From: an uncultured Methanosarcinaceae archaeon
GTDB lineage: Archaea > Halobacteriota > Methanosarcinia > Methanosarcinales > Methanosarcinaceae
Direction of reading: 5' to 3'
NCBI GenBank assembly: GCA_963721455.1
Contig: CAVRJG010000050.1
Span: 1 to 49,887 of the forward strand
Length of the DNA stretch: 49,887 nt
This document shows, one piece after another, positions 1 through 9,313 of the stretch. The translations under genes and the position numbers were made by a program. Numbering within the stretch: the first letter of the stretch is position 1; every line of letters starts with the position of its first letter. A model generated the notes under the pieces. That model saw only the letters and a program-made list of their open reading frames with translations. It was not told the origin of the DNA and did no database searches.

Positions 1-248
1 CCAAGAAATTAAGAATACAAAAACTAAGGCTATTGAAGCTAAAGCTATTGAATAAGATATTTTTCTCTTCGGGTCTTATGAATAGGCATAAAACCAGCAT
101 CTTTATTTTCTGCTCAATTCGTCTCCTTAAAGTTTATTACAAAGATCCCCACTATTATTATGTGACTTTCCTGAGGGTGAGGTCATGAATCTCAAATCAG
201 TTAAACTCCCTACTTGAGAAGCAAACTGAATATGTTCGAGATGAAAGC

Positions 249-1613
249 ATGAAATTAAAATCTGTTAATCCCTATACAGAAGAAGTAAACTGGACATATG
301 ATTCTTTTTCTTTTGAGGAATGTGAGGCATATATTAAAAAATCAAGGGCTGCTTTTTCCATGTGGAGTTCCTTGTCTGTTGACGAAAGGACAAAGTATCT
401 TGCAAGGGTTGCAGAGGTACTTCGAAAGAATTCCGATATCTATGCCGAGATTATTACGAAGGAGATGGGAAAACCTATCAAGCAGTCGAGAGCCGAGGTC
501 CAGAAGTGCGCCTTTATATGTGACTATTACATTAAAAATGCGGCTGAGTTTCTGAAAGACGAGTTTGTTGATACAGGGGCTGACAAAAGTTATGTGACTT
601 TTGAGCCTCTGGGAATAATTCTCGGGATCATGCCCTGGAATTTTCCTTTCTGGCAGGTGTTCAAGTTTGCAATACCTACAATTTGTGCAGGAAATGTCTG
701 TGTACTAAAACACGCCTCAAATGTGCCGAGGTCAGCCCTGGAGGTTGAGAAGGTCTTTCTGGATGCCGGGTTTCCGGAGCATATTTTTAAGACCCTGTTA
801 ATTGACTCTAAAATTGCCATGGAAATTATTAAAAAGGACATGGTGGACGGGGTTTCGCTTACCGGCAGCGTAAATGCAGGCTCTGAAATCGGAGAGCTTG
901 CCGGGAAAGCTATCAAGCCTTTTGTGCTGGAACTGGGAGGCTCGGACCCATTTATAGTGCTTGAAGATGCCGATATCGAAAAGGCTGCCCAGGCTGCAGC
1001 AAAGTCTCGTTTCCTCAACACAGGACAAGGATGTATTGCTGCCAAGAGGTTTATTGTCCTGGAAAATGTCATTGCGGATTTTACGAAGGCATTTGAACTC
1101 GAAGTAAATAAACTGAAAGTCGGGAACCCAATGGATGAGGAAACCGATATAGGACCTGTTGCAAAGAAGGAATTTGTCGAAAATCTCGAAAAGATCATGC
1201 AGGACGCAAAAAACAAAGGGGCAGAGCCCCTTGCTTGTGGAAAAGAGTGTGAAAAGGGCTTTTTCTTCAGGCCGACCATTATCCCCGCAGCCAGTCTCGA
1301 TATGGAAGCCTGTAGTGTGGAGGTTTTCGGCCCTATTGCGCCATTGATCACGGTAAAGGACGAGGACGAGGCAGTAAAAATCGCAAACTCCACAGAGTTC
1401 GGGCTTGGAGCCGAAGTGTGGTCCGGAAACCTGGAAAGGGCAGAGAGGCTGGCAAAAAGGATCAGGTCAGGATTTGTAGCAATCAATGGAATGGTCAGGT
1501 CCGATCCGAGGCTGCCTTTTGGTGGGGTCAAGAAGTCCGGGATCGGGCGAGAACTTTCCCATTATGGTCTCAAGGAATTTGTTAACATAAAGACTGTCGT
1601 GGTTAACAAATAA
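249..1613 (+). CDS. NAD(P)-dependent succinate-semialdehyde/aldehyde dehydrogenase
   Basis: ALDH motifs MPWNFP, LKHA, LTGS, LELGGSDP, catalytic GQGC, EVFGP, PFGGVKKSGIGRE. Confidence 0.93.
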   Translation: MKLKSVNPYTEEVNWTYDSFSFEECEAYIKKSRAAFSMWSSLSVDERTKYLARVAEVLRKNSDIYAEIITKEMGKPIKQSRAEVQKCAFICDYYIKNAAEFLKDEFVDTGADKSYVTFEPLGIILGIMPWNFPFWQVFKFAIPTICAGNVCVLKHASNVPRSALEVEKVFLDAGFPEHIFKTLLIDSKIAMEIIKKDMVDGVSLTGSVNAGSEIGELAGKAIKPFVLELGGSDPFIVLEDADIEKAAQAAAKSRFLNTGQGCIAAKRFIVLENVIADFTKAFELEVNKLKVGNPMDEETDIGPVAKKEFVENLEKIMQDAKNKGAEPLACGKECEKGFFFRPTIIPAASLDMEACSVEVFGPIAPLITVKDEDEAVKIANSTEFGLGAEVWSGNLERAERLAKRIRSGFVAINGMVRSDPRLPFGGVKKSGIGRELSHYGLKEFVNIKTVVVNK

Positions 1614-1627
1614 CAGATATAAGAATT

Positions 1628-1653
1628 AGGACTTACGCAGTTGAACTGAAAAA
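1628..1653 (+). mobile_element. Solo IS701-type terminal inverted repeat (aggacttacgca)
   Basis: Same end sequence precedes the IS701-like transposase at 46898 and bounds the MITE at 44991-45292. Confidence 0.6.
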
Positions 1654-2241
1654 TAGAAGCGGAAAACTCCTCACTGTTTAAATCCCAATAACAATTGCGC
1701 TGGCGCACCCCTCTGCAAGCAACAGTATGTTCCCGCCACAGCCCCCAATTTATGAAAAGAAGACAATAACCTGATACTATTTAGCTTCAGCAAAATTTCA
1801 CAAACAAAAGATTGATGGACAAATATCACGTAATTTTCTTATGGCTTATGGGGAAGTTTTTATCCCCGCAGTAAGCTGTGGGGTATTCGACTGAAAAGAA
1901 TTAGTTTATTGCAGTGTCAATGAAGCAGATAACAACACCTACAAATGAAAACTTGTGGAACAATGTTTCCAGAGAGCACTAAAATACGAAACAAAAACGC
2001 GAAACATTGACTCCGCCATCTTCAGGGAATAGTAGGTCTGAATCCGGAATTTCCAACATCAATCGCCTCGAATGTGAGTACTTCAGTTTTTTTACATTCC
2101 CTGATGGGGGACACATCATTTTGGCGGACGTGAACTGTAGGATGCCTCTTGATTCGGGATATGGGGTTCATATTTAATGCTTATACCCTAATTCATCCGA
2201 GTTAAGGCGCGAAACAAAAAGACCAGAATCGGAGGGAAGAG

Positions 2242-2481
2242 ATGAACGTAAAGGAAGAAGTTTACGAACAGATCCTTGCAATACTTAAAGATGCAAAATT
2301 TCCCATAAACACGATGGATGAGTTGATTGCTGCCTTACCCGAGGGGCTGGACACCACGTGCAGAATAGGTGATGTTGAAGTTACTGCAAAAGAGGCGGAA
2401 AGCCTGATTACTGAAAAGGATTTCCCGTTCAAAGATGCAAAACACGTGGCAGACATAATGGTTGAAAGAGCGGGACTGTGA
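2242..2481 (+). CDS. MTH865-family small protein
   Basis: 79 aa, AKFPINT..ELIAALPEG.DTTC...DFPFK pattern; GGAGGG RBS upstream. Confidence 0.85.
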   Translation: MNVKEEVYEQILAILKDAKFPINTMDELIAALPEGLDTTCRIGDVEVTAKEAESLITEKDFPFKDAKHVADIMVERAGL

Positions 2482-2640
2482 ACTACCAACGGCTAAAGCA
2501 CATTGGCTTCCTACTTCATCCCTTTCTCTTTTGAGAACAAGTCCATAGGCTCTTCCCTGCGTTCCGCAGGTGTCAAGTAGTTATGAGATTTTGATCAAGG
2601 AGAGAGAACTTTTTGATATTAATTGCAGCATTAATATCCC
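2460..2640 (-). ncRNA. Predicted TnpB omegaRNA/reRNA (right-end scaffold plus flank-derived guide); boundaries approximate
   Basis: Position over the tnpB 3' end and right end; stem-forming cctgcggaacgcagg; inferred from established TnpB biology. Confidence 0.6.
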
Positions 2641-3803
2641 TATCATGCGGAGTCTTGCAATCAGGGCAAATCCATTCTCTATCCTTTAATATCAAATCTG
2701 AATTATAATATCCACAAACGTTACAAAGTTTAGAGGATGGTTCAAATCTTCCTATTCTTAGAATAGTTTTCCCGAACCATTCAGCTTTATACTCTAACTT
2801 TGTTACAAAACTACTCCATGAAGAATCTGAAATAGCCTGTGCAAGAGAGTGATTTTTCTGCATCCCTTTAACATTCAGAGTTTCCAACGCAATAGCTTGG
2901 TTCTCGCTTATTATTTTAGAAGAGATCTGATGCTGGAAATTATTTCTCTGATTGCTAATTTTCTCATGGGTTTTTGAGAGTAGCATTCGTGCTTTATCTC
3001 TACGTTTAGAACCTTTTACTTTTCTTGATACTCTTTTTTGGAGACATTTTAGCCTTTTAAGAGAATTTTTTAGGTATTTAGGGTTTTCAATTTTTTTTCC
3101 TGTAGAAAGAACTGCAAAATCTTTGATACCTACATCTACACCTACAGTAGTAGATTCCAAATATTTTTGTTTATTAGGAAGTACGTTACCGTCATCTACA
3201 AGAATACTAATATAGTATTTTCCTGTGCAGGATCTTGAAATGGTTGCAGTTCTTAGAGTACCTTCAAACTTTCTATGGAAAATAGCTTCAACTTTTCCGA
3301 TCTTAGGAAGTTTCACAATGCTGTTTTTAAAATCTACGGTATAATGTTGAGGTACGGGAAAAGATTGAATAGGGTTCTTTTTCGATTTGAAGCTTGGAAA
3401 TCCGTCCTTCTCTCTAAAAAATCGAGTGAAAGCAGCATCTACATGTTTTGTCATACCTTGAAGTGCCTGAGAATTAGTTTCTTTCAGAAAAGGTTTTTCG
3501 GTTTTCAAGATAGGGAGAAGCTTATCAATATCAAAATGGGAAATTGATTTTCCAGTTTGTTCATAAGTTTTTATTTTCTGTTCTAAAGCCCAATTATAGA
3601 CTAACCTACAGCAGCCAATATTCTTATCTATTGACACTTTTTGTTTTTTTGTAGGTTTCAATCTATACTTATAGGCTTTTAACATTACTATTTATACGCT
3701 TTACCCGCATATATAAACGAGGGGTAAACTTTAAAATGTAAGACGGTTAAGTTGACGGATTCATCCCACGACTAAAGATCGTGGCCTTTCTCCTTCGACT
3801 TTC
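2478..3803 (-). mobile_element. IS200/IS605-family element, tnpB only (IS1341-like)
   Basis: Left-end hairpin ccacgactaaagatcgtgg (~3766-3784); right-end hairpin ccaacggctaaagcacattgg ending GTAGTTCAC on the minus strand; TTAC immediately outside the left end; no tnpA. Confidence 0.85.
2573..3685 (-). CDS. tnpB: RNA-guided endonuclease TnpB
   Basis: MLKAYKYRL HTH, RuvC-I GVDVG, RuvC-II ALETL, Zn finger CNVC...CPDC, RuvC-III DRDINAA. Confidence 0.95.
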   Translation of the reverse strand: MLKAYKYRLKPTKKQKVSIDKNIGCCRLVYNWALEQKIKTYEQTGKSISHFDIDKLLPILKTEKPFLKETNSQALQGMTKHVDAAFTRFFREKDGFPSFKSKKNPIQSFPVPQHYTVDFKNSIVKLPKIGKVEAIFHRKFEGTLRTATISRSCTGKYYISILVDDGNVLPNKQKYLESTTVGVDVGIKDFAVLSTGKKIENPKYLKNSLKRLKCLQKRVSRKVKGSKRRDKARMLLSKTHEKISNQRNNFQHQISSKIISENQAIALETLNVKGMQKNHSLAQAISDSSWSSFVTKLEYKAEWFGKTILRIGRFEPSSKLCNVCGYYNSDLILKDREWICPDCKTPHDRDINAAINIKKFSLLDQNLITT

Positions 3804-3920
3804 GTAATTTGACTTTGCCATAACCTAAAAAATATAATATAGAGAGTAATGAGAACAAAGTTTATAGAAAAGAGCTCAGGTTAAATCAGACAACGAAAAC
3901 GGAGGTTTCCTTTTTTTATT

Positions 3921-4604
3921 TCATCCTCCTGCATGCTTTACAAAAATTCTCTGTTCAGCAAGAATATTCCTGCTTTTAATGTCAACAACCTTCAATATAA
4001 TTTCGGAGCCTGCTTTAAAGCCATAATTGTCAGAAGTATTACCGACTCCATCAACACTTACTTTTACACTTGAATCGATGGATGTCGAACTGTCCTGTCC
4101 GCAGAGGATCAGTTTTTCTCCAACGGTCCAGGAGCCATCTTTAAGGACTTGATTATTTCGGGTCATGTATTTGGGGTTTTTCCCTGTCGGGCTCAGGTTC
4201 TGGTAAAAGACTTCTGTGTTTCCTACAATCTTTGTCCCATTTCCATCAGCAATACCCGTGTAGGAGTTCCCATATCCTGAAACCTTTATGGAAATGGTGT
4301 CAAGAGGAAGAGAACTGCCTCCTTCGTGCACAAGCACGATTGTGTTATTCTCAAGCGTAGCCCTCTCATCTTCAGGTCCATTATTAAAAAGTCCTCCTTC
4401 ACAGGATTCAAGAGAAATCTTTGCAATCAACGGTTGAGAGCTTAAACCATCCCCAGCACTATTAAAGAAACTGCTTGCAGCCACACCTGCGAGCGTAAAC
4501 AAAATCAGCAACATAAGAAGGGAACCGATAATAGGAGTTATGGCTTCTGATGTTGGTTTAGATGAAAAGAAACGTTTAGATCGGATCTTTCCCCAGGCTT
4601 TCAT
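3921..4604 (-). CDS. Archaeal type IV pilin-like protein
   Basis: Basic leader then EA/ITPIIGSLLMLLILFTLAG class III signal/hydrophobic helix; LVHEGG..L and W.VGE motifs; start at 4604 preferred over 4652. Confidence 0.85.
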   Translation of the reverse strand: MKAWGKIRSKRFFSSKPTSEAITPIIGSLLMLLILFTLAGVAASSFFNSAGDGLSSQPLIAKISLESCEGGLFNNGPEDERATLENNTIVLVHEGGSSLPLDTISIKVSGYGNSYTGIADGNGTKIVGNTEVFYQNLSPTGKNPKYMTRNNQVLKDGSWTVGEKLILCGQDSSTSIDSSVKVSVDGVGNTSDNYGFKAGSEIILKVVDIKSRNILAEQRIFVKHAGG

Positions 4605-4769
4605 CAATGAGGAGATATGGCAAAACTGTAATAAATAGTTTATGAACTTCAAAAAAGAGTTATTATTCGGAGATAAAATCTGGAGGGAAAAATATCCTCG
4701 CAGGATTATTTCCTTAAAGTATATAATCCTAAATACCTGTTTTATATTATATGACTAAATCGGTTGATG

Positions 4770-5054
4770 ATGTCCATTGTATGGACGCCGGCTATTTAAA
4801 CGCAAAGCAGAGACTGAAGAATGCGGACATTGGGAAAAAATAAAGTATTAATTGAAGATTTTATAATTGCCTTGAGGCGGGAAGGGGTAGCAAAAGCAAC
4901 AATCACAGTACATATTAGCTATATTACCCGAATGGCGCAGCAACTTCAGGAAATAGGATTTACTGAGACTCTTGACAAACTGGCCCCCAATACTTTTGAC
5001 AGGTTGCTTATTTTTCTGGAGGACGAAAGAAAATTATCCCCAGGTACAATAAGG
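4770..5054 (+). pseudogene. N-terminal fragment of a tyrosine integrase, frameshifted and cut by IS6
   Basis: NKVLIEDFIIALRREG.AKATI...EDERKLSPGTIR resembles an integrase N-terminal (SAM-like) domain; similarity ends at the IS6 IR at 5055. Confidence 0.65.
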
Positions 5055-5915
5055 GGTTCCGTTGCAAAAAATATCTGCCAGGGATATACTAAAATAAAAA
5101 TGAAATCAAAGATAGTGATATGCTATCTAATTCCTTCAAATGGAAGCACTTTGTCGGTGAAATTATCTTATTGAATGTTAGATGGTACTTAAAATACCCA
5201 CTTAGTTATAGAAATTTAAAGGAAATGATGGCAGAAAGAGGGATAATAGTCAACCATACAACCATTATGAGATGGGTACATCAATATTCACCTGAAATTG
5301 AAAAGAATGTCAGAAGGCATTTAAGACCAACAAACGACTCTTGGAGAGTGGACGAAACCTACATAAAAGTAAAAGGTGAATGGAAATATCTTTACAGAGC
5401 AGTTGACTCAAATGGTAATACAATCGATTTCATGTAAGTGCAAAACGAAGTAAAAAAGCTGCAAAGAGATTCTTTAAGAAAGCTTTGGGTTCAAAGCACA
5501 ATCAAATCCAAAGAGTAATAACAGTTGATAAAAATCCAGCTTATCCACCTGCTATAAATGAACTGAAAAATAACAGAATGTTACCTCAAAATGTAAATCT
5601 TCGACAAATTAAGTATTTAAATAATATTGTTGAACAGGATCATAGATCTATAAAACGGATAGTGTGTCCAATGTTAAGTTTCCAGTCTTTTTCTACGGCT
5701 ATTAAAACTATAAAAGGAATTGAAATCATGCATATGATAAAAAAGGACAGGTTGATACTTTAAATCAATGTGTCCGTGTTGAAGTCAATTTTATAAACCA
5801 GTTATTCGAAATAGCTGCCTAAATCTGGATGTTATTTGAGATATTCTGTTTTTTTATGTTCTTTGTTGTGAAACTAAATTTTTGCTTCAATATCATGATT
5901 TTTTGCAACGGAACC
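5055..5915 (+). mobile_element. IS6-family insertion sequence
   Basis: IRs ggttccgttgcaaaaa / tttttgcaacggaacc enclosing an IS6 transposase; no target duplication seen. Confidence 0.93.
5120..5822 (+). pseudogene. IS6 DDE transposase, inactivated
   Basis: FKWKHF, WRVDETY, YLYRAVD, TVDK, NNIVEQDHR motifs; internal TAA at 5435-5437 and late frameshift. Confidence 0.9.
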
Positions 5916-6063
5916 TAGAAAACTATCCCAAGGTCATTTTTCTGTACAATATAAAATTGGTACATAATTATGACGCTTATGTATATAAATATACACCATT
6001 AATACTTGCTTATAAATTACGAACCAGATCTTTAAGGTGTTGATAATTGATGGTTGTGATATT

Positions 6064-6468
6064 ATGGTAAAATTAGATGAAGAGATGAAAACTGCATTTT
6101 CAAAGGTTAAGATTTTTCCTGTAGCTACAGCCTCAAAGGATGGAATTCCAAATGTAGTACCTATAGGGTTCTGCCAACTTATCGATGATGATACAATCTG
6201 GATTGTGGATAATTTCATGAGTAAATCCTTAGCAAACTTAAAAGAAAATCCTAATGTTGCAATTTACGTTTGGGGTCCTGATACAGGTGGCTGCTTTCAA
6301 ATAAAAGGTAAAGCAATTGTTATCGAATCGGGAGAAAAGTTTGAAAAAATGAAGTCAATTGTGCATACAGCAAAACCCGGACTTCCTGCAAAGACTCTTA
6401 TAGAAGTTCAGATTTCCAACGTCTTTCAATGTGCTCCTGGTCCAAATGCAGGACAGAAATTGCTTTGA
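6064..6468 (+). CDS. Pyridoxamine 5'-phosphate oxidase-like FMN-binding protein
   Basis: VATASKDGIPNVVP, DNFMSKSLANLKENP, FQIKG motifs. Confidence 0.88.
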   Translation: MVKLDEEMKTAFSKVKIFPVATASKDGIPNVVPIGFCQLIDDDTIWIVDNFMSKSLANLKENPNVAIYVWGPDTGGCFQIKGKAIVIESGEKFEKMKSIVHTAKPGLPAKTLIEVQISNVFQCAPGPNAGQKLL

Positions 6469-6490
6469 TCAAAGTAAAGGTGAACTCAAT

Positions 6491-6928
6491 ATGGACTCCT
6501 CTAGCATGGATAGAGAAAAGTTCTGGGATGCACAAACTTTTGCAATAATCACTGATCACACAAAGCCGGCTATGAAATGGACAGCCTCTGAACTCAAAAG
6601 CAGAGGTAAAAAAGTATATCTTGTAGACCTTTCCCAAAAACCTGATCGAGATTCACTTACAGACCTGGCTGAAATCCCCGTAGACGTAGATCATGTGGTT
6701 ATTGGAGTCACAAATACCGAACCAGGCGATTTAATTCCTATTCTTAAAGGAAAAGGCATAAAAAAAGTATGGCTTCACTGGAGAACTGATACTGAAAAAT
6801 CCGTGGAAGCCTGCCAAAAACAGGGATTTAAGTGTATAACTGGATACTGCCCAATGATGTATCTCGGTAACGGGTTAAGCATTCATGGTATGCACAGGGG
6901 AATTGTAAAGATTATGAGAAAGTACTAA
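6491..6928 (+). CDS. CoA-binding (YccU-like) Rossmann protein
   Basis: ELKSRGKKVYLV, SLTDLAEIPVDVD, GIKKVWL, C-terminal CPMMYL. Confidence 0.7.
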   Translation: MDSSSMDREKFWDAQTFAIITDHTKPAMKWTASELKSRGKKVYLVDLSQKPDRDSLTDLAEIPVDVDHVVIGVTNTEPGDLIPILKGKGIKKVWLHWRTDTEKSVEACQKQGFKCITGYCPMMYLGNGLSIHGMHRGIVKIMRKY

Positions 6929-6991
6929 AATTTAGCAAATGATTCAGGAATATCCATCATAGATAATTCAGTAAACCATGGGGGAAAAAAC

Positions 6992-9313
6992 ATAATCCAA
7001 ATTGCTCTTTATGGGAAAGGAGGCATAGGGAAGTCAACCATTGCTGCAAATCTCTCGGCTGCCCTTGCTGATTTGAAAAAAAGGGTGTTGCAGGTCGGCT
7101 GCGACCCAAAACACGATTCTACTCGTCTGCTCCTTGGAGGGGCCGATATCCCCACAGTGTTGGACTATATGCGCAAAAATCCTCAGGAAGCGCAGCATCT
7201 TGAAGCCGTGGTCTTTGAAGGCTATGGAGGCATTGCCTGCATAGAAGTCGGAGGTCCAAAACCCGGAATAGGATGTGCAGGTAGGGGAATACTGAGTAGC
7301 TTTGAGGTCTTAAAACGCCTAGGGCTTAGAGCTTCCTCTTTCGACGTCGTTCTCTATGATGTTCTTGGGGACGTAGTCTGTGGAGGGTTTGCACTTCCCC
7401 TCAGGAAAGAATATGCTGATGCGGTTTTTCTGGTGACTTCAGGGGAATATATGGCCCTATACGCAGCCAATAATATCCTCCGGGGAATCCAGAATTTCGA
7501 GGACGCAGCCCCCAGAGTTGCAGGCATCATCTTCAACAGACGCGGACTTTTCGCTGAAGAGAAAAGAGTTTATGCCTTTGCTCAGGCAGTAGGGCTGCCT
7601 GTAGTAGCCTCCCTTCCCAGGGATGAAGTATTTTCTAGGGCTGAAAAAGCCGGAAAAACCCTGGCTGAAGCCTTCCCTTCTTCTGTCCCTGCAAATGTTT
7701 TCAGGGAGTTAGCAAGATATGTTGAAACCCTGGAAAAGAATCGGAGCCTGCTCTACCTTGCCAACCCCCTAAGTGACCTTGAGCTTGAAGCCTTGGTGCT
7801 TGGAAGGCGTGAACGACCCGATATAAAGTCATTTGAAATAGGTTCTGTATCCGAAAAAAGGCAATATGCTGAATCTGTTCCTATCAGACAAGAAAACGGA
7901 TCTTCCACGAAAATCCACATGAAGATACCCGAAGCAAGTTCTGAAAATAGCTGTAAAGTGATTCCCGAAATACAACCTGTAGAAATTTTCACGGGAACTT
8001 CCAAAAAAGTGTCTACGCCATCTCCAATAGTATTTACTTCTAGACCGCTTCTTTATGGTTGCGCTTTTTCAGGGGCTGTAACTGCGACTTTTCAGGTTAA
8101 CGATGCTGCTACCGTTCTACACGGGCCAAGAAGCTGCACTCATTTTATAACCGATGCCCTTGTAGGCTCATTTTTAAGGGGAGGAAGAATAAATATACAG
8201 ACTAACGATGAAAGGCAGATCTCTAGCCTCTTACCCACAGATATAAACGAAGAGGAAGCAATTTTCGGGGGATTTGAAAAGCTTGAGAGGAAAATCGAAG
8301 AAGCCCTTTCAGCTGGCTGGCGAACTGTTTTTGTGGTGAACACCTGCCCCACAGGGATTATAGGCGACGACATAAAAAAGGCAACCTCAAGAGCGAAAGT
8401 CCGTTTTCCCGGAGCAAGAGTTATCCCCATTCCTGTAGAAGGAGTTATTACAGGAGACTTTTCGACTGGATTGCTTGAGGGCTACAAAAAAGTTGCTGAC
8501 CTGATTGATCCTTCTGTAAAGCCTGAAAAAGGTCTGGTCAATATTATTGGAGAAAGGAGTGTTTCCCTGAGGGACGAAGAACACTTCCATACTGTTGAGA
8601 AGCTCCTCAAAAGGTTGGGTTACAAGGTCAATTGCAGGTTTTTAAAAAGGACAGACACTCTTTCCCTTCGTTCTTTTAAAAAAGCGGAAATCAACTTGTT
8701 AGCCTATGATGACCCAGATACCCGAAACATGCAAGCATACCTTTCTGAGCGTTTCGGGGTTGAGTTTTTTGAGCTTCCATTTCCTGTGGGTTTCCAGGAA
8801 AGTTCTCTCTGGGTGAAAGCCCTAGTAGCACGTCTGCTCCCTGGAAAAGATTTCACACCCCTGCTGCAGGAACAGGAAAAGATGTATAGATTAGGGATTG
8901 AAAAATATGCTCCTTATCTCTCAGGTAAGCGCGTACTTTTGGTGAACTACACAGAGAACAGCGGATGGGTGCTGGACACCATCCAAGATCTAGGAATGGA
9001 AATTATCAAAGTTGGAATTCCAGTCTCTTTTTTTGAGAGGAAAAACCTCAACCTCCAGTCTCACGAAAATTTCCCAATAGAGAGGAACTATACTGATGAA
9101 AAAAGAGAAAGGGATATTAAGATTTTCAAGCCAGACTTTGTCCTTTCGAATTATGCACTTTCGGTCCCTGAAGATGGAGTGCATTACGATACCATCCCCT
9201 TTTCCCCACGGGTGGGGTTCCTTAGTGGGCTTGAGCTTGCAAAACGCTGGAGTACACTTCTACGGCTTCCAGCTGTGGAAGGATGGAAGTATGACGGTGG
9301 TGATGAATGTTGA
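6992..9313 (+). CDS. NifH-like Fe protein fused to a NifD/E-like nitrogenase component-1 domain
   Basis: In-frame IALYGKGGIGKST upstream of the called start (from ATA at 6992); GCDPKHDS, PGIGCAGRG, DVLGDVVCGGF; C-half GCAF, HGPRSC, TCPTGIIGDD. Confidence 0.9.
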   Translation: MIQIALYGKGGIGKSTIAANLSAALADLKKRVLQVGCDPKHDSTRLLLGGADIPTVLDYMRKNPQEAQHLEAVVFEGYGGIACIEVGGPKPGIGCAGRGILSSFEVLKRLGLRASSFDVVLYDVLGDVVCGGFALPLRKEYADAVFLVTSGEYMALYAANNILRGIQNFEDAAPRVAGIIFNRRGLFAEEKRVYAFAQAVGLPVVASLPRDEVFSRAEKAGKTLAEAFPSSVPANVFRELARYVETLEKNRSLLYLANPLSDLELEALVLGRRERPDIKSFEIGSVSEKRQYAESVPIRQENGSSTKIHMKIPEASSENSCKVIPEIQPVEIFTGTSKKVSTPSPIVFTSRPLLYGCAFSGAVTATFQVNDAATVLHGPRSCTHFITDALVGSFLRGGRINIQTNDERQISSLLPTDINEEEAIFGGFEKLERKIEEALSAGWRTVFVVNTCPTGIIGDDIKKATSRAKVRFPGARVIPIPVEGVITGDFSTGLLEGYKKVADLIDPSVKPEKGLVNIIGERSVSLRDEEHFHTVEKLLKRLGYKVNCRFLKRTDTLSLRSFKKAEINLLAYDDPDTRNMQAYLSERFGVEFFELPFPVGFQESSLWVKALVARLLPGKDFTPLLQEQEKMYRLGIEKYAPYLSGKRVLLVNYTENSGWVLDTIQDLGMEIIKVGIPVSFFERKNLNLQSHENFPIERNYTDEKRERDIKIFKPDFVLSNYALSVPEDGVHYDTIPFSPRVGFLSGLELAKRWSTLLRLPAVEGWKYDGGDEC

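Noticed and set aside
590-1531. 313-aa antisense ORF and similar shadow ORFs (14354-14878, 20742-21284, 33564-34148, 37754-38299)
   Set aside because: Opposite-strand shadows of well-supported genes
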